Shown here piece after piece: positions 24,301-37,500 of a stretch of 64,000 nucleotides of DNA (position 1 is the stretch's first letter; every line of letters starts with the position of its first letter). Source of the DNA: Malacoraja senta (taxonomy: Eukaryota). The stretch lies in NCBI GenBank assembly GCA_038087875.1, contig CM075985.1:40548001-40612000 (forward strand). The letters are read 5' to 3'. The position numbers and the translations under genes are program-made. The notes under the pieces are model-generated. The model saw nothing but the letters and a program-made list of their open reading frames with translations, was not told where the DNA came from and ran no database searches.

Positions 24301-27285
24301 TGAGGTACATAAAAATTACTTCTTTCAGAAGGGAGTGAATCACTGGAATTCTGTGCCCAGAGGTGGTGATGGCCAAAGCATGAAATATGCTTAAGAACAG
24401 ATAGATACATTTTCAGGCAATTAAGGGTTATGGGGTAATGGAACAGAGAAGTAGTCTACTCCTGCTATTTTTCTTGTGTTCTTGACGATTACCATCATGA
24501 ATAAAGTTAGAACTTGCAATCAACATTTCGAATAGTGGAGCCTCACAGTGGCACAGCAGTGGAGTTACTTCCTTTCAGTACCTGTGACTCAGGTTTGATC
24601 CTGACTGAGGGTGCTGTCTGTACCAAATTTGTACGTTCTCTCTGTGACCGTATGGGTTTTCCCCTGGTGCTTCGGTTTGCTCCCAGTTCAAAAGACCAGC
24701 AGGTTTGTAGGTTAATTGGGCATCTGTAACTTGTCCCATGTATATAGGATAGAACTGTGTAGGTGGCAGAGTGACGCAAGGGGTGGCATGGAGGAACAGC
24801 GGTTAAGTTACTACAGAGGCAGAGACCCAGATTTGATCCTGACCATGGTTGCTGTATGTATGGATTTTTTACGTTCTCCCCGTGACCTGTGTGGGTTATC
24901 TCTGGAGGTTCCAGCTTCCTCCCACACTCCAAAGACGTACAGGTTTGCAGGTTCATTAGCCCCAAGTGTGTGTAGGATAGTGTTAGTGTGTGGGGATCAC
25001 TGGTCAGCGCAGACTCTATGGGCGTTAGGGCCTGTTTCAATGCTGTACCTCTAAACCAAACTAATCGAAGGAGCTGAGGCCAACTAAACAGTGATCATTT
25101 TATTGAATGGTGGGACAAGTTTGGTGACTATTCTCAGGGGCTGATAGCCTACTACTGTTCTCTTTCCTCCTGTTGATGATAGCTCCCCTCATGGAGGAAA
25201 CTAGACCTTGGAGGCCAAGGTTCCAAACTGAGGAGCAAATTGTTTTATTTTTCTCCCAGACGATAATGAATCGTGGGAATTTTCAACTACAGAGAGTGTA
25301 GATTCATTACGTTATAGAGAAGGATAGATTTTTGGGAAGTTGTAGGTTATTGGTTACAGATTTTTCTGGTCAAGAGTAGATCAGTCATGACCCAATTGAG
25401 CTGCAGAACAGACTTTACTCATGGCCAACAAATACTTCATTTTTCTTGTTATCTCTACAATTACCCACTACAATCATTGCACTCTTACTTGCCTATGATT
25501 GCACTCACGTTTGGCTTGATTGTATTTATGTATACAGCAGCAAAATCAATGCTGTTCACCGTACCTTGAAACACATCACAATAACAAACCTCAAGCTAAA
25601 CCTTAAATGGTGGATTATTGTCTAAATGGAGAGAGACTGTAAATGAGTGAAGTTCAGATGGGATCTTGGTATTCAAGTGCATGCATCAAAATATGTTAGC
25701 AGCAAGCCCAATAACCAATGAAATAATTCAGTCTTTACTGCAAAGGGGGTGGAATTTAAGAATAGGAAGGTTATATTGGAATTATGCAGGATGATAGTGA
25801 GTCAATAACTCGAATACCGCACACGGTTTTAACATAAAAAAGGGTATAGGAGCATTGGATGCAGACCAGATGAAATTCACCAAACTAAGTCAAGGGATGA
25901 AAAGGTTGTCCCATCAAGAACGGTAAACAGTTTAGGACTGCATTCCTTGGAGTGTAGAAAGTGACGAGTGACCTTATTCACACATGCAATATCTTAAGGG
26001 GCTTTTCATGATAGATGTTGAGATGGTTCACTGGTGGGAACGTCTAAAAACAATGGGAAACAACTACAGAATACGGGACCAGTTGTTTAAAACTGAGGTA
26101 CATAAAAATTACTTCTTTCAGAAGGGAGTGAATCACTGGAATTCTGTGCCCAGAGGTGGTGATGGCCAAAGCATGAAATATGCTTAAGAACAGATAGATA
26201 CATTTTCAGGCAATTAAGGGTTATGGGGTAATGGAACAGAGAAGTAGTCTACTCCTGCTATTTTTCTTGTGTTCTTGACGATTACCATCATGAATAAAGT
26301 TAGAACTTGCAATCAACATTTCGAATAGTGGAGCCTCACAGTGGCACAGCAGTGGAGTTACTTCCTTTCAGTACCTGTGACTCAGGTTTGATCCTGACTG
26401 AGGGTGCTGTCTGTACCAAATTTGTATGTTCTCTCTGTGACCGTATGGGTTTTCCCCTGGTGCTTCGGTCTGCTCCCAGTTCAAAAGACCAGCAGGTTTG
26501 TAGGTTAATTGGGCATCTGTAAATTGTCCGATGTGTATAGGATAGAACTGTGTAGGTAGCAGAGTGACGCAAGGGGTGGCATGGAGGAACAGCGGTAAAG
26601 TTACTACAGAGGCAGAGACCCAGATTTCATCCTGACCATGGTTGGATTTTTTTATGTTCTCCCCGTGACCTGTGTGGATTATCTCTGGAGGTTCCAGCTT
26701 CCTCCCACACTCCAAAGACGAACAGGTTTGCAGGTTCATTAGCCCCAAGTGTGTGTAGGATAGTGTTAGTGTGTGGGGATCACTGGTCAGCGCAGACTCT
26801 ATGGGCGTAAGGGCCTGTTTCAATGCTGTACCTCTAAACCAAACTAATCGAAGGAGCTGAGGCCAACTAAACAGTGATCATTTTATTGAATGGTGGAACA
26901 AGTTTGGTGACTATTCTCAGGGGCTGATAGCCTACTACTATTCTCTTTCCTCCTGTTCATGATAGCTCCCCTCATGGAGGAAACTAGACCTTGGAGGCCA
27001 AGGTTCCAAACTGAGGAGAAAATTGTTTTATTTTTCTCCCAGACGATAATGAATCGTGGGAATTTTCAACTACACAGAGTGTAGATTCATTACGTTATAG
27101 AGAAGGATAGATTTTTGGGATGTTGTGGGTTATTGGTTACAGATTTTTCTGGTCAAGATCAGTCATGACCCAATTCAGCTGCAGAACAGACTTTACTCAT
27201 GGCCAACAAATACTTCATTTTTCTTGTTATCTCTACAATTACCCACTACAATCATTGCACTCTTACTTGCCTATGATTGCACTCA
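18346..27285 (+). repeat. Tandem array of five ~1.78-1.79 kb units
   Basis: Unit starts (cgtttggcttgattg) at 18346, 20129, 21922, 23715, 25508; marker ORFs spaced 1783/1793/1793/1793; units are mosaics of decayed CR1, SINE and LINE-tail pieces. Confidence 0.98.
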
Positions 27286-27724
27286 TGTGTGGTGTATTAT
27301 GACTGGATAGCATGCAAAACATCGTATTTCGCTGTATTTTTTACGCATTACAATAATAAATTAAATTAAACTTTAGGGAGAAGGGAGCAGAATAATGTGG
27401 CCTCAATCAGTGGATGAGTAATATGGACTAAAACATTAGTTTGTACTAGTTCTGCCAGTGACCTTTGGGCCTATTCCTGCTTCTGGTTTCTTGTGTACAT
27501 GTATTTGATGTCTCTTGCTTATTGTGGTCACTGCTGTGAGTTGCAACTTATGTTAAAAAGTGAATTAGTTCAGCACTATCCGAGCAAATTTAAAAGCCGT
27601 TTTTAAAAGTGCAGACTTAAATCTGGTGTCGTGAGGGAGAAACACAGTTTTCTTTGGGTTAATTGAAATGATTTTAGTTAAGAGCTGAAAATTATAAAAT
27701 TAATATAAATTAATATTTTGACCT

Positions 27725-28005
27725 TAGACTTCAGAGGTACAGCACGGAAACAGGCACTTGGCCCACTGAGTCCTCGCTGACCCCCGTATTATACCACGAC
27801 ATGTGAAAATTTACAATTTTACCAAAAACAAATTAACCTAAAAAACATGTACTTCTTTGAGATGTGACAGGAAACTGGAGCACCCAGAGAAAAACATCGC
27901 AGTCACAGGGAGAACATATATCACACCCTACAAACAGCACTGTTAGTCAGAATCGACCTAAGTCTCTGCTGCTATAGGCAGCAACTCTACTGTTGCAACA
28001 CTGAG
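27725..28005 (-). mobile_element. HE1/V-SINE-like SINE
   Basis: Reverse-complement SINE body and head (ggcagcaactctactgttgc). Confidence 0.75.
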
Positions 28006-28617
28006 GATATCTTGAATTACAAAAGCAATAATTTGGGCTCATCACCAACCATAGAAGCACCTGCATTCTTTATTTGGTACATTAATATGGAATTTATTGC
28101 ATTGAAATAGGCCCACAAGCCTGCCCTGTCGTTCAATACAATCCCACAGTCATTTCTGATCCGATTTGGTTAGCACACAAACAAAGGTGTTTAACTATAT
28201 CTCAATACAAGTGACAATAATAAACCAATACCAATGCTATTGTGTAAGTTCTTCCCATATCTGATAGATAGGACCTTGATAAATTCATAGACACCATTGC
28301 CGTCTATATCCACCACCATGTGCTGCACAGTTTCAATGTCCAAATTAGCTTCCAATATAACTTCTTTACGGAATTCCATTTTGCGTTGAAAGATACTACA
28401 TAGAAACAGGACCTTCAGTCCATCATGCTGACCACCGGTCACCCCTTCACACTAGTTCAATGTTATCCTACTTTCTTGCCCAATTCCCACACATGCTAGG
28501 GGAAATTTACAGAGGTCAATTAACTGAAAAACCCACACATCTGTGGAATGTGGGAGAAAACCAGAGCACCCGGGAAGAACCCAGGTGGTCACAGGAAGAA
28601 CGAACATAATCTACACA

Positions 28618-28793
28618 GAAGGTAGACAAAAATGCTGGAGAAACTCAGCGGGTGGGGAAGCATCTATGGAGCAAATTAATATGTGACGTTTTGGGGCGAG
28701 ACCCTTCTTGGAGGGTCTATTCATTCGCCTATTCCTTCACTCCATAGATGCTGCCTCGCCCACTGAGTTTCTCCCGCATTTTTGTCTACCTTC
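28618..28793. repeat. Inverted pair of Penelope terminal repeats (second subfamily)
   Basis: gaaggtagacaaaaatgctggagaaactcagcggg..catctatggag versus ctccatagatgctg..ctgagtttctcccgcatttttgtctaccttc. Confidence 0.8.
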
Positions 28794-29366
28794 GATTTTT
28801 CCAGCATCTACAGTTTTTTCTTAAAGACAATCTACACAGACAATACCAGAGGTCAGGATCTAACGCTGGTCTCTGGTGCTGTGAGGCAGCAGCTCAACAA
28901 GCTGTGGACAGTGTTCGGTTACTCCTTTTTGTTCTGCATTGTAATGATTCAAGTCAGGATAGGCGATTGGATTTATGGGTCTCCTGAATCATAAAATAAC
29001 ATTAGGAGCAGTTAGCAGCATAAGAATGGAGCGTTATCTGAAACGTAATTACAGTTCCAGGCAACTACGCCCTGCCATTCCATTCCATTTGCTATAGAGT
29101 GCGAAAAAAAAAGTGCTGTAGTAACTCAGCAACATCTCTGGAGGACATTGACAGGCGCTGTTTCAGATTGGGACCCTACTTCAGACTGACAATAGTCACC
29201 TATCCTTTTTCTCCAGAGATGCTGCTCGACCCTATGCTCTCCGGAGTTGTGTCCTGACCTGTTGAGTTACACCAGCACTTTGTGTATTTTACTTTGTTGT
29301 AAATCGGCATCAGCACCTCCTCGTGTCTACATTGCTGTCAATTGTTTCGAGCTGGTCCAATGACAT

Positions 29367-29411
29367 CGCTCGACAACTGGTGACGACCCATCGTATTTTT
29401 ATTCTGATTGC
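29367..29411 (+). promoter_or_regulatory. MHC X1-X2-Y-like promoter module
   Basis: cgctcgacaactggTGACGAcccatcgtatttttattCTGATTGc, 75-120 nt upstream of the leader ATG, in locally CpG-rich DNA; spacing resembles the X-Y module of MHC promoters; Y box has 1 mismatch. Confidence 0.55.
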
Positions 29412-29486
29412 ATGATGAGATCCTGCTTTGATGTTGGTGAAGTTAGGCTCAGTTGTTGCTGTTGACTGCGAGAGGTAGTGCGCGAA

Positions 29487-29538
29487 ATGATTCTGTTCAT
29501 CTTGCTGAGTTTCTTCCGCGTACAAGGGGCTCAAGCAG
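29487..29538 (+). CDS. Signal-peptide (leader) exon of an MHC class I-like gene
   Basis: ATG..MILFILLSFFRVQGAQA+G then GTAAGT donor; phase 1 matches the alpha1 exon acceptor and regenerates G-P-H-T-L. Confidence 0.7.
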
Positions 29539-29834
29539 GTAAGTTAATGATTCTCATTTTATTCGCTACTGGCTAAACGCGTCTTGACTTTATCTCTATC
29601 TGGACAGGAGGCGACTCAGGTTAAAAATGCGCGCGTTAGTCTGAGATTCATGCGGACGTTAAAAGGGTTTAATATCCCCTGTTTCAGTACAATCCAGACT
29701 GGAATTTCTGTATTGATTTGCACCATGCCTCGTTTCCTTTGTGGAAGAAGGAACTGCAGATATCGGTTTAAACTGATTTTAACTCGTGTAAAACAAACAG
29801 GAGCGAGGCACTCACTAGGGTTTCCTCGATGCTC

Positions 29835-30720
29835 CGCTCTTGCCCCCCCCCCCCCCCCCCCGCATTCGTAACAAGGACAGAGTCACCCTTGTCTTCACCT
29901 TCCACCCCATTAGCCGTCGCATACAGCATATAACCCTCCATCATTTTGCCATCTCCAACAGGATCCCACTACTGGCCACATCTTCCCATCTCCACCTCTT
30001 TCTACTTTCAGTGGAGACCGTTCCCTCCGAAATTCCCTGGTCAACTCGTCCTTTTTCACCCAAACCGCCCCCTCCCCAGGTACTTTCCTCTGCAACAGCA
30101 GGAGATGCAACACCTGTCCCTTTCCCTCCCCCCTCGACTCCATCCAAGGACCCAAACAGTCTTTCCAGGTGAGGAAGAGGTTCACTTGCACCTCCTCCAA
30201 CCTCATCTACTGTATCCGCTGTTCCAGGTGTCAACTTCTCTACATCAGCGAGGCCAAGCGCAGGCTGGGCAATCATTTTGCTGAACTACTCCGCTCAGTC
30301 CGTCTTAACCTATCTGATCTCCTGGTTGCTCAGCACTTCAACTTCCCCTCCCATTCCCAATCTTACCTTTCTGATCATCGCTTGTCAGAGGGAGGCCCAG
30401 TTCAAATTGGAGGACCAGCACCTCATATTTCGCTAGGGTAATTTACAACCAAGCGGTATGAACATTGAATTATCTAACTTTAAAATAGCCCTACCTTTCC
30501 CTCTCTACCCCTCCCCCTTCCCAGTTCTCCCACCGGTCTTACTGTCTTCGACTACATTTTATCTTTGTCCCTCCCCTGACATCAGTCTGAAGAAGGGTCT
30601 CGACCCGATAGGTCGCCCATTCCTCTCCAGAGATGCTGCCTGCCTGCTGAGTTACTTCAGCATTTTGTGTCTACCTTCGAGTTAAACCAGCTTCTGCAGT
30701 TCTTTCCTACACAAAGTGCA
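29835..30720 (+). mobile_element. Penelope-like 3' fragment with terminal repeat
   Basis: NKDRVTLVFTFHP, PGTF.CN, SSNLIYCIRCSRCQLLYISEAKRRLG (GIY-YIG); hammerhead-like motif at 30587-30614. Confidence 0.9.
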
Positions 30721-30769
30721 TTGTTTGACAGGTTCATGTTTATGGCCAAATGTGGGTAGAGAGCGAGGC

Positions 30770-32200
30770 ACAAGCACAATGCAAAATCAGTAAAAGATTA
30801 GCACACACTGTGGATTTTGTTATTGACTGAGTGACAACTCTTAGCTCCAAACGTGCGGTCGTCACCTTTACGTGGTTCATTAATGATTTGGATAAGGGGA
30901 TTGAATGTTTTGTGGCCAAGTTTGCAGATGATGTTAAAATAGGGGGAGAGGCATGCAGTGTATAGGAAGCAAGGACTTTGCAGAAGGACGTGTACAGGTT
31001 AGGAGAGTGGGCAGGAGGTAGCAGATGGAATTCAGTATAGCAAAGTGTGGGAGACATGCATTTTGGTAATAAGAATAAATGCGTAGATTATTTTACAAAT
31101 GGAGGGAAAATCCAGAAATCGGAGGCGCACAGTGACATGGGAGTGTTGGTGCAGGACTCCCAAAAAGTTAATTTGCAAATTAAATCGGTAGTCAGGAAGG
31201 TGATTTATATCAAGAGTACTGGAATACAAAAACAGAGATGTCATTCTGAGGCTCCAAAAGCGCTGGTCAGGCCACATTTGATGCACAGTGTGCAAATTTG
31301 GGCGCCCTATCTGAGGAAGGATGTGCTGGCTCTGGCTCAGAGGAGGTTTACAAGAATAATTCCATGAAAGAGTGGGTTAGCATATGGTGAGCGTTTGACA
31401 GCACTGGGCCTCTACTCGCTGTAGTTGAGAAGGTTGAGGGGGGAACCTCATTGAAACTTACAGAATAATGAAAGGCATAGATAGAGTGGATGTGGAAAGG
31501 ATGTTTCCACTGGAGGGTGAGTCTAGGACCAGAGGTCATAGCCTCTGAATTAAAGGGTGGTCTTTTAGAAAGGAGGTGAGGAGGAATTTCTTTAGTCAGA
31601 TGGTAGTTAATCTGTGCAACTCATTGCCACAGAGGGCTGTGGAGGCCAAGTCAGTGGATATTTTTAAGGCAGAGATCGACAATTTCTTTATTAGAACGGG
31701 TTATCATGGGGAGAAGGCAGGAAAATGGGATTAGGAGGCACAGATCAGCCATAATCGAATGGTGGAGTAGACTCGATGGACCGAATAGCCTACTTCTACT
31801 CCTGTAATGTGAACGTGTACAGGTTAGGAGAGTGGGCAGAGAAGTGGCAGATGAAATTCAGTATAGCAAAGTGTGGAGACATGCATTTTGGTAATAAGAA
31901 TAAAGGCGTGGATTATTTTACAAATGGAGAGGGAATCCAGAAATCGGAGGAGCACAGTGACATGGGCGTGCTGGTGCAGGACTCCCAAATAGTTAATTTG
32001 CAAATTGAATCGGTAGTCAGGAAGGTGATTTATATCAAGAGGACTGGAATACGACACAATACCGCCCGATTTGTAAGAGTGCCAAAGGTCACAGGGAGAT
32101 GACAGCGGAATGGCGTTGAGAGGGAAAGATAGGTTAGCCATGATTAAATTGTGGAATAAACTCGATGGACTGAACAACCAAATTCTGCACCTTTGACTAA
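30770..32200 (+). mobile_element. CR1 LINE 3' half plus a local duplicate of its middle (31814-32051)
   Basis: FADD region at ~30920, KALVRPHL..VQIWAP, RRFTRIIP; the second segment repeats 30989-31230. Confidence 0.88.
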
Positions 32201-33790
32201 TGAAGTGAGTCAAAGTTCAGAACATGAGGGATGATCTTTTTAATTCTTCCCAGACTGGTGTGTCTGGAACCTAAATTCACAGTTTTAAAATAAGTGTTCA
32301 GACATTCTTATGGCACCAAAACACGGTGACACTTGTGTATTGCCTAGGTTAGGTCTGCTATATAATTGTAGGTAGTTGTATGCGAAACGATGCATTTCGC
32401 TGTACCTAGGTGCATGTGACAATAAAATATCATTGAATCATTGAACTCAGTGCAGTAATGAGATGAAATCTTTTCACCCAGAGGGTAATTAATCTTTCAA
32501 ATTCTCTGTCCAAGAAGGCTGCGGGCATTCAGTCAATCAGATGCTTGAGGCACAGATAGGAAGATGCTTGGATACAAAAGGAAGTGTGCGTTAGTTCGGA
32601 AAAATGGTGGTCTGCTAGAGAATCGGTTATGATCTTATAGAATAGCAGAGATTGAGCACAAAGGATGAATGGCACCATTTTGCTTATGTTAGGTTTGTTC
32701 CCACTCCACAAGAGAGTCCAGAAGGAAAGTAAGTATAGAGTGTTCAATTGTCATATGTGCTGACTACAAAACAATGACATTCTTGCAGCAGCTTAGCAGA
32801 CCGGTAAGTCAATACAAATAGATAAGATACTAAAAATGTAGTAAATTGATAATCCCAATACTTGTGCGAAAACACCTCGAATACTTTGTTCAACCAACGA
32901 CAGTCCATAGGTCTACAGGGTCCGACTCGACACATCACCTATCCATTCTCACCAGCAATGCTGCCTGATCTGCTGAGTTACTCCAACACTTTGTCTGGTT
33001 TTTGTTCATTATTCATAGTTGAGTTTAGTGTAGTTCATGGTTCAATATACGGGAAGATTTTAATGATCACATTCTAGCACGCATCTCCAGAGCCAAACAA
33101 AACAATGACATTCTCCTTCGATGGTAATAATCTAATTTGGTGAAAGGGGAAACAGACATAGATATAAAGAATAACATATTTATAGCAGTTCCATTGTAGG
33201 AAAATGCTTCAATAAGATTCGTAAGAATATTATTCTGTAACATTTTACTTCGAGCAGTATAATGGCATTACATGACAATTAGCAAAATAAAAATTTAAGG
33301 TGCATCTTAAATAAAGAATAAGAGGAAGGGATATTTAGAGAGCAATTCTACGACATAGACCTGCTCTTCAGATGAAGTACTTACATTTGTGAATATTCAG
33401 GATGTTATACTGCCCGGTTCATCATGGGTACTGCTCTCCCCACCATCGAAGGGATCCACACGAGACGCTGCCTCAAAAAGGTAGCCAACATCATCACCCT
33501 GGCCACACTCTCATTACCTCCTACCATGGGGAAGAAAGTATAGGTGCTTGAAAACCATGACCTCCAGGTTCAAGAATAGCTTCTTCTCAACAACTATCAC
33601 GCACGTGAACACTACCAAACGCTAACCTCAACTGTGAAATTCTATGGACTATCTTTGGTTGCAATAAGGACTTTGAGATTTTATTTGCCCTAGTATTGTG
33701 GTTAGTAATTTATTGATTGCATTTTTGTTAGTTTTACTATGTATTTTCTATGTGTTTGTCTGCACAGACCTGTTATCATGCTCTGAGTAA

Positions 33791-34048
33791 NNNNNNNNNN
33801 NNNNNNNNNNNNNNNNNNNNNNNNNNNNNNNNNNNNNNNNNNNNNNNNNNNNNNNNNNNNNNNNNNNNNNNNNNNNNNNNNNNNNNNNNNNNNNNNNNNN
33901 NNNNNNNNNNNNNNNNNNNNNNNNNNNNNNNNNNNNNNNNNNNNNNNNNNNNNNNNNNNNNNNNNNNNNNNNNNNNNNNNNNNNNNNNNNNNNNNNNNNN
34001 NNNNNNNNNNNNNNNNNNNNNNNNNNNNNNNNNNNNNNNNNNNNNNNN
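33791..34048. other. Assembly gap (258 N) adjoining (AT)n
   Basis: N run read directly. Confidence 1.
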
Positions 34049-37000
34049 ATATATATATATATGACAATTAAGCACTCAACTCTTGATTAAAACTGGAAGA
34101 TGGATTGCAATGCTGAGGAACAATGCCGAGGGAGGAGCTGCGTAGGGAGGAACTGCAGATGCTGGTTGAAACCGAAGATAGACACAAAAAGCTGGAGTAA
34201 CTCAGCAGGTCAGACAGCGACTCTGGAGAAAAGGAATAGGTAGCGTTTCAGCTCGAGACCATTCTTCAGACTGATAATCAGGGGAAAGCGAAACGAGAGA
34301 TACCGACGGTGATATAGAGAGATATAAGAACAAATGATTGAAATATATGCTTTGAATGAGCTGTTGGTCTTAAAAAATATATAGAATGATCAGAGTTTAA
34401 AATCTGAATATGTTTTCATCAGAAAGATGATGAGTGAGTGGGATGGAGCAAGCTAGCACAATTATGACAAAGTCTGAAGAAGGGCCTCGATCAGAAACAT
34501 CACCCATTCCTTCTTTGCAGAGATGCTGCCTGTCCCACTGAGTTACTCCAGCATTTTGTGTCTATCTCTATAGCTGGTCAGGCAGCATCTCCGGAGAACG
34601 TGGAAAGATTACGTTTGGGGTGAACACCCTTCTACAGAGTGAAGAAGGGGTCTTGACCCGAAACATCTATCCATCATCACATATCCATGTTCTCCAGGGA
34701 TGCTGCCGTACCCACTAAGGTGCTCCAGCACTATGCGTCTCTTTCTTTGTGAACCAACATTTGTAGTTCCTTGTTTCTACAGTGTAAATTGACTGTCATT
34801 TGTAGGTAAGTGATAGAATCTGGAGAGAGATGATGAGAATTTGCAGAGAATAAGAATGGGTTGGTCAAGAGCAAGAGTTTAATTGTCATCTGTACTGGCA
34901 ATGGAACAATGAAATTCTTAAGCACATATTAAATATAAAACATTCAATGACACAATCAATTAATATTAGTTATATTAGGTAACCAGACCATAACAGTGGA
35001 AAAACAAAACTGCAACCAAAATAAAGTCCACCACAGATCAGAGTTGTTGAGGAATGGTTGTGGTTAGTGTTGTGCAGCGTTTAAAAGTCTGCTGCCCGTG
35101 AGAAAAAAGCTGCTCTTAAACCTGGAGCTAACAGTTCCCAGGCTCTCTAACCTCAAAGACAGTTCATTGGTTCAATTGTATTTTATTTGTGGCAAGTACC
35201 GAGGTACAGTAAAATTCATTTTTGTATACAGTTTAGTACAATTATCACTATACATAAGCCCTTAGATACATCTTAGATAATCATCTCAGATACAGTACAA
35301 GTATGTAGCAGTACTACGCTTAGACAGCATACAGTGTCGCCTGTTTTCGGTGCCATTTTCACGTCCCAGTTGTTGCAAGTGAGGGTTCTTGGCCTGACCA
35401 TGAGGCCCATTGTCCTGGTGTTGTTTCAGGGTCGGCCTGGCCAACCGAAGCTGTGGTGTCCTCTACTACTGCAGGGTGCAACTGGTCCTTGTGCCCGGCC
35501 TCTTGGAGCGGCGCCTGGAACAGCCAAGCCCCAGGCTGCTGCAGGGCCTCCAGCGCCCATTCCGCCGTTGAGGCATTGCATTCCCTCCCGCAGCCAGTCT
35601 GCCTATAAGTCATCCATCTGACCCCTTCCACTCTGGCCGGTCGAGCTTGGCCTTCCAGTTTGGTCTTCCATCATCGGTGCACAGCGAGCAAGAACTCGGT
35701 CCATGATGGATGGGCCAGATCTTCCGGGTGAATTCCCGGTCCAGGGTGGCCGGCACTGAGAGTATGGCTAGGGTGGTGTGGGCCTCTGATGATATTAGCT
35801 GTCTTTCTGAGGCAGCACCTCCTGTAGATCCATTCAATGGTGGGATGGAATGGTATGGAATTAGTGCATCATGGTCAGTGGACTCTGGCGGCTGAATTGT
35901 CTGTTTGTGTGTCTCTGTGACTTATGTGTGGAGAATGCTTTGAAAGTAAGAGTAGGCGAAGGGGCATTCTAAATGATGGGATGCACATATCATTGTAAAG
36001 GGGGCCCTCAAAGTATTGACCTGTAAAATGCTAAATCCTTCTGTCCAGGGATGCTGCTTGTTTCACTGCGTTACTCCAGCATTTTGTCTCTATCTTTGGT
36101 GTAAACCAGCATCTGCGGTTCCTTCCTACACAGACACATGAAGGATTCACACAATGGATTCTGTTTGTATGGGGTTTATACGTTCTTCCTGTAACCGCTC
36201 GGGTTTCCTCTGGGTGCTCCGGTTTCCTCCCACGTACCAAAGACGTGTGGGTTTGTAGGTTTATTGACCGCTGTGAATTGCCTTGAGTGTGTAGGATGTG
36301 AAACAGGGAAAACACAGAACTAGTGTATGGGCGATTGATGGTCAGTGCAGACTCAGTGGGCAGAATGGCCTGTTTCCATGCTGCATCTGTTAAAAAAGAT
36401 TGGTGAGCGTGATACCCAAATTCAAACGTCACGGAAAAACCAACACATCATAGTTTGTTCAGACAAGAACACCCAAGAATGTTTTTATTCAAAGAGAACA
36501 ACAAAGTAATAAAGGTTTGCATGTACAAAGTCCAACCGTGAGCATTGCTTAATCTAATCTTATACTTACAACATTGTAGACATAGGGCATTCAGCACAGG
36601 GAGGCTGTCCCATTGGGGGGGAGGGGGGGCAGAGAACAAAGGGGGAACAGTGGGGGTGGGGTCGCCACCAAGAATGAAGGTGGAAATGGTGGGGATGGGG
36701 CTGCTGCCATGTGTGGCAACAGGCAGTGGATAGGAGGACTGTTCGGTACTTTTGTAACTTTGTCTGCGGCAACGCATGGCGACACCTTTGTACTGCCTAG
36801 GTTCAGCTTAATTTATTGTCACGTGTACCGATGTACAGTGAAAAGCTTTTTGATGCGTGCTAACCAGTCAGTAGAGAGAACATACATGGTTACGATCAAT
36901 GCTTTTATCGTGTAGGGATACATGATAAGGGAATAATGTTTAGTGCAAGGTGAAGCCAGCAAAGTCCAGTCAAGGATAGACCGAGGTTGTGTGGAAAACA

Positions 37001-37184
37001 AAGCATTTCACTATACCCATGTACCCTGGGTACATGTGACAATAGAGTATCATTCATTCATTCATTAGTCCTATTCCTCCCACCTTATTTTCCATAGAAC
37101 ACAGTCACCCATGGCCGCCAATGCTCCTTTGATTTTTTTTTGTGCCATTTACCTGTGTTGAGCTGGTTAATGGGTTTTGTGAAA

Positions 37185-37500
37185 TATAGCACAGTGGTGC
37201 AATGGTAGAGAGCTGCTGCCTCAAAGTGCCAGAGACCCTGGTTCAATCCTGACCTCGGGTCTGTCTATGTGGAGTTTGCACGTTTTCGCTGTGACCGCAT
37301 GGGCTTCCTCCGGGTGCTCCGGTTTCATCCCACACCCCAAAGGCATGCACGTTTGTAGGTTAATGTGCCTATGTAAATTGCCCCGAGTGTAAGGAGTGGA
37401 CGAGAATGTGGAATAACTAGAGTGAATGGGAGATCAATGGTCAGCATGGACTCAGTGGGCTGAAGGGCCCATTTCCATGCTGTAACTGTAAACTAACCTA
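37185..37500 (+). mobile_element. HE1/V-SINE-like SINE
   Basis: gcacagtggtgcaatggtagag..ggttcaatcctgacc head; ends taaactaacctaaa. Confidence 0.85.

Noticed and set aside
18822-26823. Repeated short ORFs (MQYLK.., MQSTF.., MKQAL..) as a tandem gene family
   Set aside because: They are translations of decayed CR1 and SINE pieces in the tandem unit, with no domain and inconsistent lengths between units
33702-34075. ORFs crossing the N gap
   Set aside because: Artefacts of translating N
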